DNA from: an uncultured cyanobacterium
Lineage (GTDB): Bacteria; Cyanobacteriota; Cyanobacteriia; Cyanobacteriales; CAWUOF01
Reading direction: 5' to 3'
DNA length: 64,000 bases
Assembly: GCA_963744145.1 (NCBI GenBank)
Contig: CAVUSO010000001.1
Coordinates: forward strand, 3,008,001-3,072,000
Below, one piece after another: positions 30,209 to 39,221 of the stretch. How positions within the stretch are numbered: the stretch's first letter is position 1; each line of letters starts with the position of its first letter. The position numbers and the translations under genes are program-made. Under the pieces are notes generated by a model, which was given only the letters and a program-made list of their open reading frames with translations, was not told where the DNA came from and ran no database searches.

Positions 30209-32272
30209 ATGAAAAATCATTGGGCGATCGCGATCGGTATCAATCAATATCAATGCTTCCAACCTTTAAGTTACGCCCAAAAAGATGCAGAAGCACTGCA
30301 CAGTTTTTTAATCAGTGAAGCTGGCTTTTTGCCCGAGCAATGTCTGCTATTGACTGACACATCTCCACCCACTGCGACTCAGCCAACCTATCCAAATCGA
30401 GAAAATATTCAAACTTGTCTAGAACGAATTTGTCGAGAACAACTACAACCAGGAGATCACCTGTGGTTTTTCTTCAGTGGTTATGGTGTCAATCCGGATG
30501 GTGCAGATTACTTGATGCCCATTGAAGGAAACCCAGAGCAAATCGAAGCAACAGGTATTTCCATTCAAACAATTTTTAATAATCTGAAAGCAGCCCCCAC
30601 CCCAAATCAGTTGGTACTGCTAGATATAAACCGTTCCCAGGGGATTCGCACGGTCGGAACTATTGGGACTCAGACAGCCCAGTTAGCACAACAGATGGAA
30701 ATTGTGACGGTGCTATCCTGTCAAGCCAACCAATTTTCGCGAGAAACATCAACCCTGCAACATGGTTTTTTTACAGCAGCTCTCCTCGAAAGTTTGCGTT
30801 CACAACATGGTCACATTTTAGAAAAGTTAGGAAGTTATTTAAGCGATCGCTTACCAGAATTAAGCGAACAACATTGGCGTCCCAAACAAGAACCTGTGCT
30901 GATCATTCCCACAGGTCAAGAGCAACGAGTGATTTTACCTGTCCCTGAACTAGCCCCAACGACAGAAAATCTCCCCATCCTGGTGGCTACTTTAGCTGGT
31001 AATTCATCCCAGCCATTTACAGAACTACCGATCACACCACCCCCCATATCTACCAATGGTGCTACCCCGATCGCTCCGACTCCCCCAGTACCAGTAGTAA
31101 CTCCTACCCCGATTCCCGTTACCACTCCCGCACCAATTCCACCCAAGAAAACCCCCTGGTTGCTCTGGCTCAGTGTTTTTGTCCTAGCTTTCTGTGGGAT
31201 CATGTTTGCTCTGAGTAAAACGGGATGGCTCGGACAAAGACAACCCGAAATTGTGACTGAAGGAAATCTCCCCTCTACAACTGAGTCCCTCAGTAAACCT
31301 AGTACCAAACCATCCACTTTATCTACAACTAAGACTTCTCCAAGTAAGAATTTGTCTTTAAATCTACCTCCCGATCGCCAAAATCCCTTAAATCAGGCTA
31401 GAGTCGTTTTACAAGGAAATCCCGCTTCTCATTTTAGTAATGCAATTAAAGCAGCTCGCCAAATTCCCCCCAATAGCCCACTTTATGCCCAAGCACAGCA
31501 GGATATTAACCGCTGGAGTCAGGTAATTTTAGATATCGCCCAGGGACGAGCCGAGCAAGGAAATTTTGATCTGGCGATCGGAGCTGCTTTGTTGGTTCCT
31601 AATGATCGAAGTGAGATTTATCAAGCAGCACAGCAGGATCTATCGGTTTGGCAACAGCAACTTCAATTGCAAAAAGAACGACAAAAATTGTTACAGACAG
31701 GTAAGCGATTGGCTCAAGGAGAGTTAGCATCTTCCTATAGTGATGCTATTTTTCAAGCTCGGAAAATTCCCCCTAGTGACCCGTTATTTAAGCAAGCCCA
31801 GGAAAATATTGATCTTTGGAGTCGTGGGATTTTAAATATTGCCAAAGAACGCGCTCTCCAAGGAAAATTTGTAGCGGCAATTGCTGCGGCTCGCTTGGTC
31901 CCTAATGATCGTCCTAGTGTATATCAGGAAGCCCAGCAGCTAATTGTTACTTGGCAAAAACCTTCTCAGCAGCAAACATTTATTGCTCTGTTGCAAAAAG
32001 CTAAGGATTTAGCCCAGGGTGGTCAGGCTTCGGCTTATAATCAGGCGATCGCGATCGCTAGTCAAATTAAAGATGGTCAGCCTAAATATAGTGAAGCCCA
32101 GCAGTTAATCGGTCAGTGGAGTGAGAAAATTTTAGCGATCGCTCAACAACGAGCCGCTCAAGGTCAATTTCTCGAAGCAGTTGAAGCTGCTCTTTTGGTT
32201 CCAGAAAATACTCCTGCGTCTGGAGCAGCTCAATCTGCAATCACTCAATGGCAACAACATTTAACTAAGTAG
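30209..32272 (+). CDS. Caspase-family (peptidase C14) pseudo-orthocaspase with a TM helix and helical repeats
   Basis: WAIAIGINQY; FSGYG and LDINR replace the HG and DAC dyad motifs; Pro-rich linker, TM helix, then repeated AI..A.QIP..SPLY..AQ..I..WS. Confidence 0.85.
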   Translation: MKNHWAIAIGINQYQCFQPLSYAQKDAEALHSFLISEAGFLPEQCLLLTDTSPPTATQPTYPNRENIQTCLERICREQLQPGDHLWFFFSGYGVNPDGADYLMPIEGNPEQIEATGISIQTIFNNLKAAPTPNQLVLLDINRSQGIRTVGTIGTQTAQLAQQMEIVTVLSCQANQFSRETSTLQHGFFTAALLESLRSQHGHILEKLGSYLSDRLPELSEQHWRPKQEPVLIIPTGQEQRVILPVPELAPTTENLPILVATLAGNSSQPFTELPITPPPISTNGATPIAPTPPVPVVTPTPIPVTTPAPIPPKKTPWLLWLSVFVLAFCGIMFALSKTGWLGQRQPEIVTEGNLPSTTESLSKPSTKPSTLSTTKTSPSKNLSLNLPPDRQNPLNQARVVLQGNPASHFSNAIKAARQIPPNSPLYAQAQQDINRWSQVILDIAQGRAEQGNFDLAIGAALLVPNDRSEIYQAAQQDLSVWQQQLQLQKERQKLLQTGKRLAQGELASSYSDAIFQARKIPPSDPLFKQAQENIDLWSRGILNIAKERALQGKFVAAIAAARLVPNDRPSVYQEAQQLIVTWQKPSQQQTFIALLQKAKDLAQGGQASAYNQAIAIASQIKDGQPKYSEAQQLIGQWSEKILAIAQQRAAQGQFLEAVEAALLVPENTPASGAAQSAITQWQQHLTK

Positions 32273-32282
32273 ATGAATTAGT

Positions 32283-32333
32283 TTTTGTGGGACAGTCATC
32301 TTGACTGTCCTAATTATTTTGGCAAGAGATCTA
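32283..32333. repeat. Right half of the 4127-type REP/MITE element
   Basis: GTGGGACAGTCATCTTGACTGTCC followed by TTTTGGCAAGAGATCTA, a degenerate copy of the right TIR. Confidence 0.7.
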
Positions 32334-33660
32334 ATGTTAGGCAGATTTCGATCAGGTTGTCAACTCCTGTAACTGGAATAATGGGTGTTTGTAGTTGCAT
32401 TTCTAGTTCTTTTATACTCATATCATCGAGAAAACAAGTGTCTCCTTCCTTTAACATAATGGATGGTAGTAGAATTGCTTGTCCTAAATTTTTTCCTTGT
32501 AATCCTTTCAGTAAGTCTTCACCTGTTAATAATCCGGTGACTGTCATATTTTGTCCCCAATAATCGCTGCGTAATGGGATCATTTCAATTTGTAATCCCT
32601 CAACTTGATTTAGTCTTTCTCTAATGCTAGTAAAAGCTTTTTCCACAGCATTTCCTACTACCCAAGTAAAATAACGAGATGGGGAAATGCTCTTAGGTAA
32701 AACTCTAGCTGCTTGCTCAAATTGTTGGATAAATAGACGAATAGAACCGACCCCATTACCAATTTGAGGATAGTCTTCATAATGAGAAGTCGGAGGTAAT
32801 TCTTGTCCGGATATTAAAAACCATTCATCTGCTAACCAAGCAAAAGTAGTTTTGAATTGTTTGAAAAAAGATGCTTGTAATTGCTGTACTTGAGTAATTA
32901 TTTCTGTAGCTTTTGCTGGTGTTACTGGAATTAATTCATCTGTACTCGGACGAAATTTAGTTAAACCTACTGGTACTACTGCTACTGATAAAACTGCGGG
33001 TACTTTTCCTTGAGCAAATTTAGCTAAATCTAATAAAGTTTGTTCTAAATGTTTACCATCATTGATTCCAGGACAAACTACTACCTGTGCATGAATTTGT
33101 AATCGTCTTTTCTGAAACCATTTCAACTGTTCGAGAATTTTCCCAGCACGAGAATTTTTTAAAAGACGAATTCTTACTTCTGGTTCAGTTGCATGAACGG
33201 AAATATACAGAGGAGAAAGTCGCATTTTTTCGATTCGCTCCCATTCCGACTGGATGAGATTAGTTAAGGTCAGATAACTCCCATAGAGAAAGCTGAGACG
33301 ATAATCATCATCTTTAAAATAAAGAGATTCTCTTTTACCTGGTGGTTGTTGATCAATAAAACAAAAAGGACAATGATTATTACATTGAATTAAACCATCA
33401 AATAAGGCTGTCGCAAATTCTAATCCTAAGTTATCATCATAGTCTTTTTCAATTGTGACTAGATGGGTTTTTCCAGATTTGTCGATTACTTCTATCTCTA
33501 AAAATTCTTCAGTACATAAAAATTGATAGTCAATTAAATCGCGAGGTTTTTGACCATTAATAGCAATAATTGCATCTCCTGGCTCAAAGCCAACTTCTGC
33601 GGCGATCGAGTCAGGGACTACTGTAGTAATTAAGGCGGGTTTGATCGAAATTTCACTCAT
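32314..33660 (-). CDS. PDZ + Fe-S/radical-SAM-like protein (TIGR03279/DUF512 family)
   Basis: N-terminal PDZ; CNNHCPFCF; KDDDYRLSFLYGSYLTLTN; YPQIGNGVG. Confidence 0.88.
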   Translation of the reverse strand: MSEISIKPALITTVVPDSIAAEVGFEPGDAIIAINGQKPRDLIDYQFLCTEEFLEIEVIDKSGKTHLVTIEKDYDDNLGLEFATALFDGLIQCNNHCPFCFIDQQPPGKRESLYFKDDDYRLSFLYGSYLTLTNLIQSEWERIEKMRLSPLYISVHATEPEVRIRLLKNSRAGKILEQLKWFQKRRLQIHAQVVVCPGINDGKHLEQTLLDLAKFAQGKVPAVLSVAVVPVGLTKFRPSTDELIPVTPAKATEIITQVQQLQASFFKQFKTTFAWLADEWFLISGQELPPTSHYEDYPQIGNGVGSIRLFIQQFEQAARVLPKSISPSRYFTWVVGNAVEKAFTSIRERLNQVEGLQIEMIPLRSDYWGQNMTVTGLLTGEDLLKGLQGKNLGQAILLPSIMLKEGDTCFLDDMSIKELEMQLQTPIIPVTGVDNLIEICLTLDLLPK

Positions 33661-33709
33661 AATAATTGTTAATTATTTATCAAGAATCTATATGCACTCA
33701 GGACATGGT

Positions 33710-33849
33710 TATACCAATTTTTTTATGAGGGTGCATAGAATTGATCCCCCCAGCCCCCTTAAAAAGGGGGAGCATGAATTTAAAGTCCCCCTTTTTAAGG
33801 GGGATTTAGGGGGATCTAAATCTCTGCAACTTCACATTAAATTGGTATT
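33710..33849. repeat. Short dispersed palindromic repeat / MITE-like element
   Basis: Termini ATACCAATTT / AAATTGGTAT. Internal palindromes CCCCCTTAAAAAGGGGG and CCCCCTTTTTAAGGGGGATTTAGGGGG are typical of cyanobacterial dispersed repeats. Confidence 0.7.
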
Positions 33850-34072
33850 AGTCCAATAAATAATAATATAATAAAATAGTTGATTTGAGCGCAAATTAGA
33901 CTGGTAAGATTGGTAAAAGCTCAAGCTAAATCGATATGACTCCTGTCACTAATATTTTAACATCCTTATCTGGAGCAATACCCAAATGGCAACCCGCACT
34001 TTGGGAAGATTACTTAGCATGGTGGGACAATCTCCATGTGGATCAAAACGTTCGACTGTTTTTTAATGAGGG

Positions 34073-35416
34073 TTATCTTTGGATTGATCTGGGCATTGAT
34101 ACTCTCAGGTCTAAAGACACTGAGATTCTTGAATAGTCCAGAGTCTGAACTTCAAAGGCGGCGTACAAAACACCTCTACTGATTTCACTTAGGACAAGCC
34201 CAAGATCCACCGCTACTTTTCTCAAAATATTAGCCGCAGCATTCGCGTCAGCGTTGATTTTTATGCCATTAGAACTGACATACAAGCCACGTTTAACTCT
34301 TTTTCCTGATGCTGTCCATTCTGTGGGTTTTTCACCATAAGTTGGGATGGTATCAGCATCTAAAAAACTAGCTTTGCTGGTATAACTTTCTTCAGTTTCA
34401 AGAAACTTAATGCCGTACAAGGTACAAAGTTCTTGAAGCCTTGCTTTGAGTCTAGCCGTAGGGATTTGGACAAAGTTTTGATTAGTCTTTTGCCCTAGTT
34501 CTATCCCATCTTTTTGGCTTTTATTCCAACCAAAAGCTAAAGTCCCGATGCGATTATTTAAACAGTGATTTATCACTAGCCGAGCGGCTTTGTTGATAGC
34601 GTCCCTGATCTGTCTATTCCGTTTCTCAGTCATTGCTGCCAAACGATTAGACCAAAAACCTTGAGGTTTATTAGCTTTGAGTTTAGCTACTTGTTTGTTG
34701 TACCATTGATTGACTGATTTTAGATGTCTGCCATCAATAATAAAACTTGTCCCTACATTACTAACGGCTGTCAACCAATTATTTAAACCGTGGTCTATCC
34801 CTAAGCATTTAGCTGGGTCTAGGACAGGTTTCTCAACTACAACTGGGTAGACGAATTCTGCATAAAAACAACCGTTTCTAGGGAGTATCCTGACCTCTCT
34901 AAGAGACTCAAAATCTAGGTTAGTTGGCATTGGTAGGAAAAATTCTTTTATGCCAAACCAAGCATTGACCTGTAATCCTAAAGGAAATCTAATCTTTCCA
35001 TCAATTAACCTTAGTGACCGTTTGGGATAGGCAATTAATTGATAGCCTCCTGGTTTTCGATAGTTGGGCAAGTTGGGTTTAGTTTCGAGTCTACCACTTA
35101 GCCAAAGTTCTCTTAACTTGGCGTAGGAACTAATTGACTCACCTACTGCCATACAAGTTTGTGCTGCGGCATCGGATGGTAGAGCCGAAAAATGTACATT
35201 TTGAGTAAGATTTTTTACGATCTCAAACTTGGTCACAAATTTGTGAGCTTTAAACCAGATTTGACGAGCATAATAGGTAGCACAATTGTGTAGATTATTG
35301 GACTCTGAGCAAACGAATTCTAGTATTGCTTTTGTCTCTGGTTCGGCATTGATTAAATGCTGTTGAACACCTAACGGTACTTGGGGCTTTTTTTCTGTTT
35401 TCTTTCTTTTAACCAT
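34073..35416 (-). CDS. tnpB: RNA-guided endonuclease TnpB (native stop probably 34111-34113; +1 base at about 34165)
   Basis: RuvC-I CLGIDHGLNN, FGWNK, TEESYTSKASFLD and RuvC-III NADANAAANILRK. The alternative frame after RGVL reads TPPLKFRLWTIQESQCL*, ending in the right-end hairpin. Confidence 0.92.
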   Translation of the reverse strand: MVKRKKTEKKPQVPLGVQQHLINAEPETKAILEFVCSESNNLHNCATYYARQIWFKAHKFVTKFEIVKNLTQNVHFSALPSDAAAQTCMAVGESISSYAKLRELWLSGRLETKPNLPNYRKPGGYQLIAYPKRSLRLIDGKIRFPLGLQVNAWFGIKEFFLPMPTNLDFESLREVRILPRNGCFYAEFVYPVVVEKPVLDPAKCLGIDHGLNNWLTAVSNVGTSFIIDGRHLKSVNQWYNKQVAKLKANKPQGFWSNRLAAMTEKRNRQIRDAINKAARLVINHCLNNRIGTLAFGWNKSQKDGIELGQKTNQNFVQIPTARLKARLQELCTLYGIKFLETEESYTSKASFLDADTIPTYGEKPTEWTASGKRVKRGLYVSSNGIKINADANAAANILRKVAVDLGLVLSEISRGVLYAAFEVQTLDYSRISVSLDLRVSMPRSIQR

Positions 35417-35589
35417 TTTTTGTTTCTTTTCTTTCTAATCTTAACTATAGCTTATGTTTGACAAAAAGCAAGTCTTTGTGATCAAAACAATGTTAAGATT
35501 AAGAAATATTTTCAGGTGGTTAAAACCACTTGGGTCGTTTCCCTCTCAGGTCTAAAGAACCTGAGTTTCCCACTTACCATGTGTTTTTT
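34096..35589 (-). mobile_element. Non-autonomous IS200/IS605-family element (tnpB only)
   Basis: Related subterminal hairpins CTCTCAGGTCTAAAGA at 34102 and 35543. The right end finishes in ...GAGAGTATCAA (TCAA) on the minus strand. The left end abuts TCAT. No tnpA. Confidence 0.85.
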
Positions 35590-35983
35590 ATGAGAAAAAA
35601 AAAGCTTTATGCTGAGTTAGGAATTCCCGAATATTGGGTAAGCGAGTGATAGCGTTCGGTTTACAGTCCAACGGGAAATATCAACAGATTGAGATTTCTA
35701 TAATTTTGTCGGGGTTACCAATTTCTCTGCTATCGCAAACCTTAGAACAGATGAATGAGGGAAATAATATTAATGCAGCTTTATGGTTTTCTCAGCAAAT
35801 TGCTAAATTTGAATTAAATCAAGGTAATTAATTAACGATCGCCTGCTTAGAAGCACGGAAAAGATTTGATTTAGTTGGTTGATCAATACGCGATCGCCTA
35901 ATTGAAAATAACTAGAGTCAAAGCAATCTGGTAATTTATTAGTGATCGCACTTTCTTTGAGCAGCACAAAAAAACGATCGCGC

Positions 35984-36367
35984 TTAATTTTCTTCTTGGC
36001 CAAATAAATGTTCTAAGATGCGTTGATTTTCTGTCCGAATCCCTCTAACTTCATTCATAATCGCTTCAATGTTGCGTTGACTTACTTCAAAGTTGCGTTG
36101 ATGGATTTCTACGATTTGGACCAATGAATTAACAGTAGCACTCAGTTCAGTTTGTCTTACTTCCTGATTGCGTTGATTAATTTCTGCAACTTGCATGAAT
36201 GAATTGAGCCTAGTACCCAGTTCCGCAATTGTAGCTGAATTGGCTTGAATTTGGGCTGAATTGGCTTGAATTTGGGCTGAATTGGCTTGAATTTGGGCTG
36301 AATTGGCTTGAATTTGGGCTGAATTGGCTTCGATCGCAGCTTCTATTCTATCTAGTCTTTCTGTCAT
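35984..36367 (-). CDS. Coiled-coil hypothetical protein with heptad tandem repeats
   Basis: MTERLDRIEA start, (ANSAQIQ)x4 and the ENQRILEHLF C-terminus. Confidence 0.8.
   Translation of the reverse strand: MTERLDRIEAAIEANSAQIQANSAQIQANSAQIQANSAQIQANSATIAELGTRLNSFMQVAEINQRNQEVRQTELSATVNSLVQIVEIHQRNFEVSQRNIEAIMNEVRGIRTENQRILEHLFGQEEN
36234..36330. repeat. Perfect 21-bp tandem repeat, about 4.6 copies
   Basis: GCTGAATTGGCTTGAATTTGG repeated head to tail with no spacers. Confidence 0.95.
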
Positions 36368-36434
36368 CGGGAGTATCCTTTTTTACTTATTTTCTTGCCG
36401 ATTAACTAATTGTAGTCGAATTAGCTAAAAAGAA

Positions 36435-36575
36435 TCAAACCTCCAAATTCAAAGTTTAAACAATCCGACCACCATTAGTAATATCAGCAGCGATCGCTGC
36501 AAGATGTTCATCTAAGAATTGATCGCGATCGTCCCAAATATAAGGGCGTTTTGCGGAAGGTGGTTTACGGCTAAA
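36435..36575 (-). pseudogene. 3' remnant of a phenylalanine/histidine ammonia-lyase gene
   Basis: Manual translation RKPPSAKRPYIWDDRDQFLDEHLAAIAADITNGGRIV* resembles, from recall, the C-terminus of cyanobacterial PAL (..RPYIWNDNEQGLDEHIARISADIAAGG..). Confidence 0.7.
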
Positions 36576-36687
36576 TTAGTTACTTCTTTCTTTCCAGTTT
36601 TTCCATCAGCCAAACTTCAAGAAAGAAGAGGTTCACACCTCAACTTGCATCAATCGCTCCTATCCCACAACCAAAAAAAAGACTCTT

Positions 36688-36711
36688 GTGGGACAGACAG
36701 TTTGTCTGTCC
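36688..36711. repeat. REP-like hairpin (GTGGGACAG family)
   Basis: GTGGGACAGACAGTTTGTCTGTCC. Confidence 0.7.
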
Positions 36712-36877
36712 GCTTACCGCTGATATCTGATCCCAATTTCATAGTTAATTGGTATAACTATTTTGATATTTACTATAAATCAGCATTAAAATTGTTAAAT
36801 TAAGCTTTCTAGAAAAGTTTGCACAATCCAAAAATTCAGAGTAGTGTATAGTTGCCGCTTATAACTAAAGAGCAAGT

Positions 36878-37429
36878 GTGATTGCCATTTATCCCGGTAG
36901 CTTTGACCCAATTACTTTTGGCCATCTGGATATCATCCAACGAGGTGGTAAGCTCTTTGACCGGGTAATTGTGTTAGTAGTGACCAACCCCAATAAAACA
37001 CCCCTATTTACTGTCACAGAGCGAATTGAGCAAATTCGCCAATCTGCTCAACATCTAGTCAATATAGAAGTAGATAGTTTTAACGGTCTGACGGTAAATT
37101 ATGCCAAAATAAAGCAAGCTAATGTGCTGTTGCGGGGTTTGCGGGTACTTTCAGATTTTGAAAGTGAACTGCAAATGGCCCACACTAATGAAACTCTCTC
37201 CCATTTTGTTGAGACAGTTTTTTTGGCCACCTCTAACGAATATAGCTTCTTAAGCAGTAGCGTAGTCAAAGAGATTGCCAAATTTGGTGGCTCCGTCGAT
37301 CATCTTGTTCCTAAGCACGTCGCCCTAGATATCTACAAATGTTACGCGAAAACTCATCCCGGATCGACCCTAAACCTGATGGAACCAGCACCCCAGGACA
37401 ATCTCCCCCCAGTGGAGCGGGAAATATAG
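36878..37429 (+). CDS. coaD: Phosphopantetheine adenylyltransferase
   Basis: [21 protein letters not shown] and [11 protein letters not shown] motifs. Confidence 0.97.
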   Translation: MIAIYPGSFDPITFGHLDIIQRGGKLFDRVIVLVVTNPNKTPLFTVTERIEQIRQSAQHLVNIEVDSFNGLTVNYAKIKQANVLLRGLRVLSDFESELQMAHTNETLSHFVETVFLATSNEYSFLSSSVVKEIAKFGGSVDHLVPKHVALDIYKCYAKTHPGSTLNLMEPAPQDNLPPVEREI

Positions 37430-38055
37430 ATATCCAGCGGGAATTAAACCGTCTCGAGGAGATGATTCTCGATAGTCCCCGCATCCCGTTGACTAGACGC
37501 ACGCTGGTAGATGAAGAGCAATTACTAGATCAACTGGATCTAGTACGGATGAATTTGCCGGCTGCTTTTCAGGAAGCAGAAGAAATTGTTCGCCATAAAG
37601 ATGAAATCCTGGAACAAGCTGAACAATATGCCCAAAATATGATCGAAACGGCTGAGAGACAGGTGGCTCAGATTCTCGATGAAATGGGGATTGTTCGACA
37701 AGCAAAAATTGAAGCAGACCAAATTCGTCAGCAACTGCAACAAGATTGTCAAGATGCTCAGGAACAAACTGTGGCTGAAATCGAAAGTCTCCGTTTGCAA
37801 GCACAGCAGGAAGTCGAAGAAATGCGACGTCGCGCTCTGGCTGAGTGCGAAGCGATCGAAAATGGTGCTGATGATTATGCCGATCGCGTACTCAATAATA
37901 TTGAACAGCAGCTCGGTGATATGCTACGGGTGATCCGGAATGGACGGCAGCAATTAGAAACAGAAGCTACAGCGATTCGTAATCAGCAGGGAAGTTCCTT
38001 CCCCCAGTCTGGGAATCCATCTGGACCATCTCGTTCCCCTAAACGATCTAAATAA
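37339..38055 (+). CDS. cdv3: DivIVA-like cell division protein Cdv3
   Basis: [25 protein letters not shown], long coiled coil, [10 protein letters not shown]; directly downstream of coaD. Confidence 0.75.
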   Translation: MLRENSSRIDPKPDGTSTPGQSPPSGAGNIDIQRELNRLEEMILDSPRIPLTRRTLVDEEQLLDQLDLVRMNLPAAFQEAEEIVRHKDEILEQAEQYAQNMIETAERQVAQILDEMGIVRQAKIEADQIRQQLQQDCQDAQEQTVAEIESLRLQAQQEVEEMRRRALAECEAIENGADDYADRVLNNIEQQLGDMLRVIRNGRQQLETEATAIRNQQGSSFPQSGNPSGPSRSPKRSK

Positions 38056-38086
38056 GCAAGTATACGAGTTTTTTGCGGATCAAAAT

Positions 38087-38647
38087 ATGAATCAAACTAT
38101 GCTCAAATCTGGCGATCGCCAGACCAAATACCACATCCTGGGGAAAATTATCCTAGCTAGTTGTTTATGGGGTCTGATGCTTACCGTCAGTCCAAGGACA
38201 AATGCCCAAACTCTATCAGCACCAATGCCAACACAGGTTCAAGATCAACCAACAACTGATAGTATTGTCAAAAAATTAATGGGTAAATGGGAATTTACTG
38301 ATCTTAAATCCGGTAGCAAGTTAAATTTTATCTTTACTAATGACGGCAAATTGTTTTTTGCCAATCTGATCACCTCGCCACCCCAAGCGATTCAGTTACG
38401 GTATCAGGTTGCTAATGCTAGTAGCAACCCGATGCAAATTAATTTTAGCCGAGATGAACAAGATCAGGAAATAGTTGCGACTATTTTTGAGTTTACCACT
38501 GAAGGAAAACTGCGTTTACAAATGGAAGGTATTCACCCCAAGAAAGATCGACCCACTAGTTTTAGTCAAGGGGCTTTACTCCTGCTTAAGGTATCTGACG
38601 AAACAGATCTACCTGCAAATACGACAATCAAAACCTTGAGAAGTTAA
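38087..38647 (+). CDS. Hypothetical exported protein
   Basis: Signal-peptide-like N-terminus; LMGKW and TIFEFT..GKLRLQ motifs. Confidence 0.7.
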   Translation: MNQTMLKSGDRQTKYHILGKIILASCLWGLMLTVSPRTNAQTLSAPMPTQVQDQPTTDSIVKKLMGKWEFTDLKSGSKLNFIFTNDGKLFFANLITSPPQAIQLRYQVANASSNPMQINFSRDEQDQEIVATIFEFTTEGKLRLQMEGIHPKKDRPTSFSQGALLLLKVSDETDLPANTTIKTLRS

Positions 38648-38649
38648 CC

Positions 38650-39003
38650 TTAAATTTGGTTTAAATACTGGTTTAGGTCTTCAATGGTACGAGTAAGTTC
38701 AGCTTCTGTACTCAGACGAATGCGTTCATCTCGCACAGTAATCAGAACTTTCGCCGCAAAAGGACTTGGCCAAATATTCGGATTGCAGAAAATCTCCAAA
38801 AAGACATCCCCTGTATAGCAATATTCCATTGATTTCTGGGGATTGACATGACGCACTCCTGGGGCAGTTGTCTGATTGGCAACTGCTTTTAAACTTGTCA
38901 TTAAGTCAGCGATCGCGGATTGTAAATCTCTGGCTGCTTCGACGGTGAAGTTAAACGAGACCGAGCCTTGTAATAGATTGAATGTGATCGGAGTAATAGA
39001 CAT
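38650..39003 (-). CDS. Conserved cyanobacterial hypothetical protein
   Basis: FLEIFCNPNIWPSPFAAKVLITVRD motif. Confidence 0.75.
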   Translation of the reverse strand: MSITPITFNLLQGSVSFNFTVEAARDLQSAIADLMTSLKAVANQTTAPGVRHVNPQKSMEYCYTGDVFLEIFCNPNIWPSPFAAKVLITVRDERIRLSTEAELTRTIEDLNQYLNQI

Positions 39004-39221
39004 GGGAAATTAATGTGAATTCCTATCATTAAGGTTAGAAGATATTATCTATTTTATCAGAAAAATCGCTTTTTACTATTCGTAAATGAATAAAATTATC
39101 AAGAAGGGTTAAGAATAAATTAGGAAGCAATTATCAGTTTTAATCGCCAATTTTTGCTGAGTTTTTTGGTTTATACTGGTGCTAGAGAAGATGTTTTTTA
39201 TAGTCAACCAGGGAGCTTAAT

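Larger units (their letters stand above)
33936..35831 (+). pseudogene. Uma2/DUF820 family endonuclease interrupted by the IS and internally deleted
   Basis: 5' part ..WEDYL..RLFFNEGYLWIDLG ends at 34095. 3' part from 35590 reads EKKKLYAELGIPEYW / GKRVIAFGLQ..AALWFSQQIAKF. The central PD-(D/E)xK core is missing. Confidence 0.8.

Noticed and set aside
34073..35416. Cas12f or catalytically dead TnpB-derived regulator
   Set aside because: No CRISPR array; both IS ends are present and the RuvC-I/III Asp residues are retained.
36234..36330. CRISPR array
   Set aside because: The 21-bp units are contiguous with no spacers and encode an in-frame heptad; no cas genes are nearby.
36519..36803. 94-aa plus-strand ORF
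   Set aside because: Spans the ammonia-lyase remnant (opposite strand) and a REP hairpin; not protein-like.
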